A stretch of DNA of 64,000 bases, taken from contig JAJNQA010000027.1 of assembly GCA_021155085.1 (NCBI GenBank), positions 30,058 through 94,057 on the forward strand, written 5' to 3'. This stretch comes from Heliomicrobium sp. GTDB lineage: Bacteria > Acidobacteriota > Blastocatellia > RBC074. Below the pieces are notes generated by a model, which ran no database searches, had not been told where the DNA came from, and worked only from the letters and a program-made list of their open reading frames with translations. The translations under genes and the position numbers were made by a program. Below, piece by piece: positions 60,695-64,000 of the stretch (position 1 is its first letter; each line of letters starts with the position of its first letter).

Positions 60695-62745
60695 AAATCA
60701 GCTACAACTGGCTTAAAGAATTTGTGGACGTTGATCTCCCGCCGCGCGATTTGGCGGAGAAGCTGACGATGGTCGGACTGGCGGTGGATGGGGTCGAAGA
60801 GCATGGTGAAGATTTTGTGCTCGACATTGATCTGACCTCGAACCGGCCGGACTGTTTGTCTCATCTCGGCGTTGCGCGCGAAGCAGCGGCGATCACTAGA
60901 AATCCATTGCGAATGCCGAAAGTTGAGTTTGCCGAATCGCAGGCTAAGGTTGGCGAATTGACCTCGGTGGAGATTTTGAATCCGGACCTTTGTCCGCGCT
61001 ACACGGCGCGAATTATCAAAGGCGTCAAGATCGGTCCTTCGCCTGAGTGGTTGGTCAAACGGCTGGAGGTGATGGGACAGCGCAGCGTCAACAACGTCGC
61101 CGACATCACCAATTACGTCATGCTGGAGATGGGGCAGCCGCTGCACGCCTTCGATCTGGCGATGCTGAACTCGCAGCGCATCATTGTCCGTGCGGCGCGT
61201 GACGGCGAAAAGATGACGACGCTCGATGGCGAAGAGCGCGAGCTGACTTCCAGGATGCTGGTCATCGCCGATGCCGAATGCGCGGTGGCGCTCGGCGGAA
61301 TCAAGGGCGGGGAGGACTCGGGCATTACGGACACGACGGTGGATGTGCTGCTCGAAGCGGCGTATTTCACTCCAGCGCAGATTCGCGCAACTTCAAAAAC
61401 ATTGGGTTTGAGCACCGAAGCTTCGTACCGTTTCGAGCGAGGGACGGATCCCGAAATCGTGCCGGTGGCTTCAGCGCGGGCGGCGGCGATGATCGCCGAA
61501 ATCGCGGGCGGGGAGGTGCTAGACGGAATCGTGGACGTTTATCCGAAGCAGGCGGAGCGCCGCCGAATCACGATGCGCCGCGCGCGGTATTCGCAACTGA
61601 CCGGTTTGCAGATTGAGCTTGGCGAAGCTGAAGCGATTCTGCGCGGACTTGGTTTTGAGGTTGAGGCCGATATTGAAAATGATTCGCTGCACACGAACGC
61701 GCCAAGCTGGCGGATTGATATTTCGATTGAAGAAGATTTGATCGAAGAAGTCGCCCGCATCGCCGGGTATGACAACCTGAAAACAACGCTGCCGGGCAGC
61801 GCTGGCGCTGGCGCTTATCTGCCGGGCGAAGAAGGCCGCCGCGCCGCACGCCGCGCGCTGACTTCGTTGGGCTACACCGAAGCAGTCAGCTTCAGCTTCG
61901 TCAACGCCGAAGCGGACGCGGTCGTCAGCGATGCGCCGGATTCCGCGCGGTTGCTGCTGCGAAATCCGATTGATGAAACGCAGTCGCACATGCGGACGAC
62001 GCTGCTGGGTGGGTTGCTGAAAGCGCTCGAGCATAACTTCAACCATTCTTCGCGCAACGTGCGGCTGTTCGAAATCGGCAAGTGCTTTCTTGACGCGGGC
62101 GAAGATCGGCCCCGGGAGACGGAACACCTGGCGTTTGTCGCCACCGGCGCGCGCAATGAATTTGACTGGCAGACGGCCAACGCGAAAATTGATTTCTTCG
62201 ATGTCAAAGGCGCGCTTGAATCCATTGGCGCAGCATTGGGTTTGCCGCCAATGGAATTCACGCCGGTTGAAACCAGAACGTCTTTGCATCCCGGACGCGC
62301 CGCGCTAATATCACTGGCCGGAAATCGAGTAGGACAAATCGGGCAGCTTCATCCCCGCGTCGCTGCAAATTACAAATTCAAACAAGCTGTCTTCGTTGCC
62401 GAATTGGATTTCGGGGCTTTGCTGAATGCCGACCGCGCAGGCGTTCGCTATCAACCGCTGCCGAAATATCCGGCGGTGGTTCGCGATCTGGCGCTGCTGA
62501 TCGAAACCAGCGTGCCGCTTGCCGCCATTGAACGCGCTGTCCACGCCTTGAGTATTTCGGAACTGGCAGGCATCAGACTGTTCGATCTGTATTCGGGCAA
62601 GGAATTGCCGGCTGGCAAGCATTCGATTGCGCTTTCGCTGCGTTATCGCGCGGCGGATCGCACGCTGACGGACGAGGAAATCAGCGTGATGCACTCGCAG
62701 ATTGTGAAACAATTGACCGAAGAGTTTTCGGCTGAAATTCGATGA
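60691..62745 (+). CDS. pheT: phenylalanyl-tRNA synthetase beta subunit
   Basis: [16 protein letters not shown] tRNA-binding N-term, B3/4, B5, FDX-ACB domains. Confidence 0.9.
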   Translation: MKISYNWLKEFVDVDLPPRDLAEKLTMVGLAVDGVEEHGEDFVLDIDLTSNRPDCLSHLGVAREAAAITRNPLRMPKVEFAESQAKVGELTSVEILNPDLCPRYTARIIKGVKIGPSPEWLVKRLEVMGQRSVNNVADITNYVMLEMGQPLHAFDLAMLNSQRIIVRAARDGEKMTTLDGEERELTSRMLVIADAECAVALGGIKGGEDSGITDTTVDVLLEAAYFTPAQIRATSKTLGLSTEASYRFERGTDPEIVPVASARAAAMIAEIAGGEVLDGIVDVYPKQAERRRITMRRARYSQLTGLQIELGEAEAILRGLGFEVEADIENDSLHTNAPSWRIDISIEEDLIEEVARIAGYDNLKTTLPGSAGAGAYLPGEEGRRAARRALTSLGYTEAVSFSFVNAEADAVVSDAPDSARLLLRNPIDETQSHMRTTLLGGLLKALEHNFNHSSRNVRLFEIGKCFLDAGEDRPRETEHLAFVATGARNEFDWQTANAKIDFFDVKGALESIGAALGLPPMEFTPVETRTSLHPGRAALISLAGNRVGQIGQLHPRVAANYKFKQAVFVAELDFGALLNADRAGVRYQPLPKYPAVVRDLALLIETSVPLAAIERAVHALSISELAGIRLFDLYSGKELPAGKHSIALSLRYRAADRTLTDEEISVMHSQIVKQLTEEFSAEIR

Positions 62746-62764
62746 GGGAATTGTCACAGGAATT

Positions 62765-63040
62765 ATGGCTGCACCGGGGCTGGAAAAATTCGAGAACTTG
62801 TTGGACAAAATCCATCGTTCAGTCGCCATCTGCAATTCTCTCAGACATGAGAAAGAACAGCTCGAAGGTGACCTTCAAAAATTAACGCTAGATTTGGCGG
62901 CGGAAAAGACGGATAACGAGAAGCTGAAATCTCAAATCGAGTTCTTGCTCGAGGAACGGGAAGCCATGAAATTGAAGGTTGAAGGCATTCTCGATGCCAT
63001 CACAATGCTGGAACTCGAAGCCGATTCGGTCAAGAAATGA
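62765..63040 (+). CDS. small coiled-coil protein (ZapB-like)
   Basis: heptad-rich 91-aa ORF between pheT and zapA. Confidence 0.4.
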   Translation: MAAPGLEKFENLLDKIHRSVAICNSLRHEKEQLEGDLQKLTLDLAAEKTDNEKLKSQIEFLLEEREAMKLKVEGILDAITMLELEADSVKK

Positions 63041-63209
63041 GCGGCTGAAGTTTAAGCAGGTCTGCAAAAACAAATTGATATAGACAAGATTCACTGGATT
63101 TTGGCAGGTGTCTTCTCTGCTTTTGTCCATCCTGTTAGTACTCTGATTAATCCTGTCCAGGCTTGGTTTATTTGCCGAGGAAGTAATTGGCTTCCCAGGT
63201 GGAGAAGAT

Positions 63210-63512
63210 ATGGAAATCCCGTCCCAAACCGTGAACGTCAAAATCTTCAACCAGACCTACACCATTCGCGCGAACGACGGCGATGCGGAGCGAACACAGC
63301 GGCTGGCGGCGCTGGTGGATCAGCGGATGCGCGAAATTGCGCAGGGCGCGCTAACCTCCGATTCGCTGAAGCTGGCCATTCTGGCCGCAATTCTGATCGC
63401 CGACGATCTGGAGAAAGCGAACGCCAGATATGACGAATTGAACCAGGAATTGATTGCGCGCAGCGCCGAATGCGCCGAACTGCTGGATCAAATGCTCAAA
63501 GGCGGAAAATAA
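63210..63512 (+). CDS. zapA: cell division protein ZapA
   Basis: [37 protein letters not shown] ZapA fold signature, pheT-linked as in many bacteria. Confidence 0.75.
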   Translation: MEIPSQTVNVKIFNQTYTIRANDGDAERTQRLAALVDQRMREIAQGALTSDSLKLAILAAILIADDLEKANARYDELNQELIARSAECAELLDQMLKGGK

Positions 63513-63602
63513 ATACGCATTGATCGAATCAAGCCTAATCGGGATTGACCTGACCTGATCTCCTGCAAACAGGCTCTTGATGACAAACTTCATGGAGGCA
63601 TC

Positions 63603-64000
63603 GTGAAAAAAATCGTTTTAACAGGCCTGCTGTTTGCGGGCGTTCTGGCAGCGCCGCAAATGGCGACGCAAGCGCAACGCAAGCAGGAGGGCACAACACA
63701 GAACAGGCCGCCGGCGGTTTCGCTGGCGGCGGAAAAACAAACCGGTGAATTCGGCAACGTCGAAGGCATCACCGCCGCGCAGTTGAAAGACTATCTGTAT
63801 TTCGTCGCTTCGGATGAAATGGAAGGCCGCAACACGCCTTCGCGCGGATTGGACCTGACGGCCAAGTTCCTGGCAATGAACATGTCGCGCTGGGGATTGA
63901 AGCCCGCCGGTGACGACGGAACGTTCATGCAGAAGATCGCGCTGACCAGCCGCTCGATTGCGCCGGAACAATCCAGCGCCAGCGTCGGCGGGCAAAGCTT
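63603..64000 (+). CDS. secreted M28-like peptidase, N-terminal fragment (runs off window)
   Basis: GGAGG SD, GTG start, signal peptide, [22 protein letters not shown] motif. Confidence 0.5.
   Translation, partial: MKKIVLTGLLFAGVLAAPQMATQAQRKQEGTTQNRPPAVSLAAEKQTGEFGNVEGITAAQLKDYLYFVASDEMEGRNTPSRGLDLTAKFLAMNMSRWGLKPAGDDGTFMQKIALTSRSIAPEQSSASVGGQS

Overview
High-GC window (~60% overall, with a few AT-rich islets), most consistent with an Acidobacterium of the Solibacter/Bryobacter type. The evidence is two secreted proteins carrying the recurrent 'SAASY...QINxQVP' Solibacter-type domain, two DUF1800-DUF1501 gene pairs, FtsX/MacB permeases and many secreted hydrolases. Annotation was done by eye from the ORF track and the sequence. 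Gene order:

- 1-2.5 kb: two FtsX/MacB-type ABC permeases, the first 5'-truncated.
- 2.7-6.2 kb: enoyl-CoA hydratase, an MFS transporter, and a Tat-secreted protein with two CPMHxD...CxKCxMKL metal-binding motifs.
- 6.2-8.7 kb: a Zn-ribbon/Pro-rich Ser/Thr kinase flanked by two copies of a ~150-bp inverted-repeat + promoter module.
- 8.8-14.8 kb: a three-gene operon of unknown function (1133-aa GMC/cholesterol-oxidase-like fusion, calcineurin-like phosphoesterase, 322-aa hypothetical).
- 14.9-25.5 kb: a/b-hydrolase-TPR, secreted Zn-metalloprotease, metX-metY, a PQQ-propeller protein, an S9 peptidase.
- 26.0-29.2 kb: a 1054-aa surface protein with seven near-identical IPT/TIG repeats.
- 29.3-32.6 kb: an RpiB-PAP2-aminotransferase operon, then hpt.
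- 32.7-41.8 kb: two paralogous DUF1800-DUF1501 operons decorated with a GTGGGACAGGC...GCCTGTCCCAC hairpin family, bracketing an AT-rich islet with a secreted hypothetical and a Phd/VapC pair.
- 42-49.5 kb: an SDR, a second Ser/Thr kinase with a PD40 propeller, a CocE/NonD hydrolase, an APC permease.
- 49.5-53.6 kb: an AT-rich leader with a near-consensus promoter and a terminator, immediately followed by a 3.4-kb head-to-tail array of 36 tRNA-like genes, then an HNH endonuclease and tRNA-Val.
- 54.7-64 kb: thrS-infC-rpmI-rplT-pheS, an RHH/PIN toxin-antitoxin plus a 267-aa unknown ORF inserted before pheT, then a ZapB-like protein, ZapA and a 3'-truncated M28-like peptidase.

The most unusual element is the tRNA array. 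It encodes nearly all amino-acid specificities and contains four compact Leu-anticodon tRNAs without the long variable arm, a Leu-AAG anticodon, isoleucine-like tRNAs with a ~22-nt extra arm, several C33 anticodon loops and three degenerate copies. All tRNA folds are manual and need tRNAscan-SE/ARAGORN confirmation.
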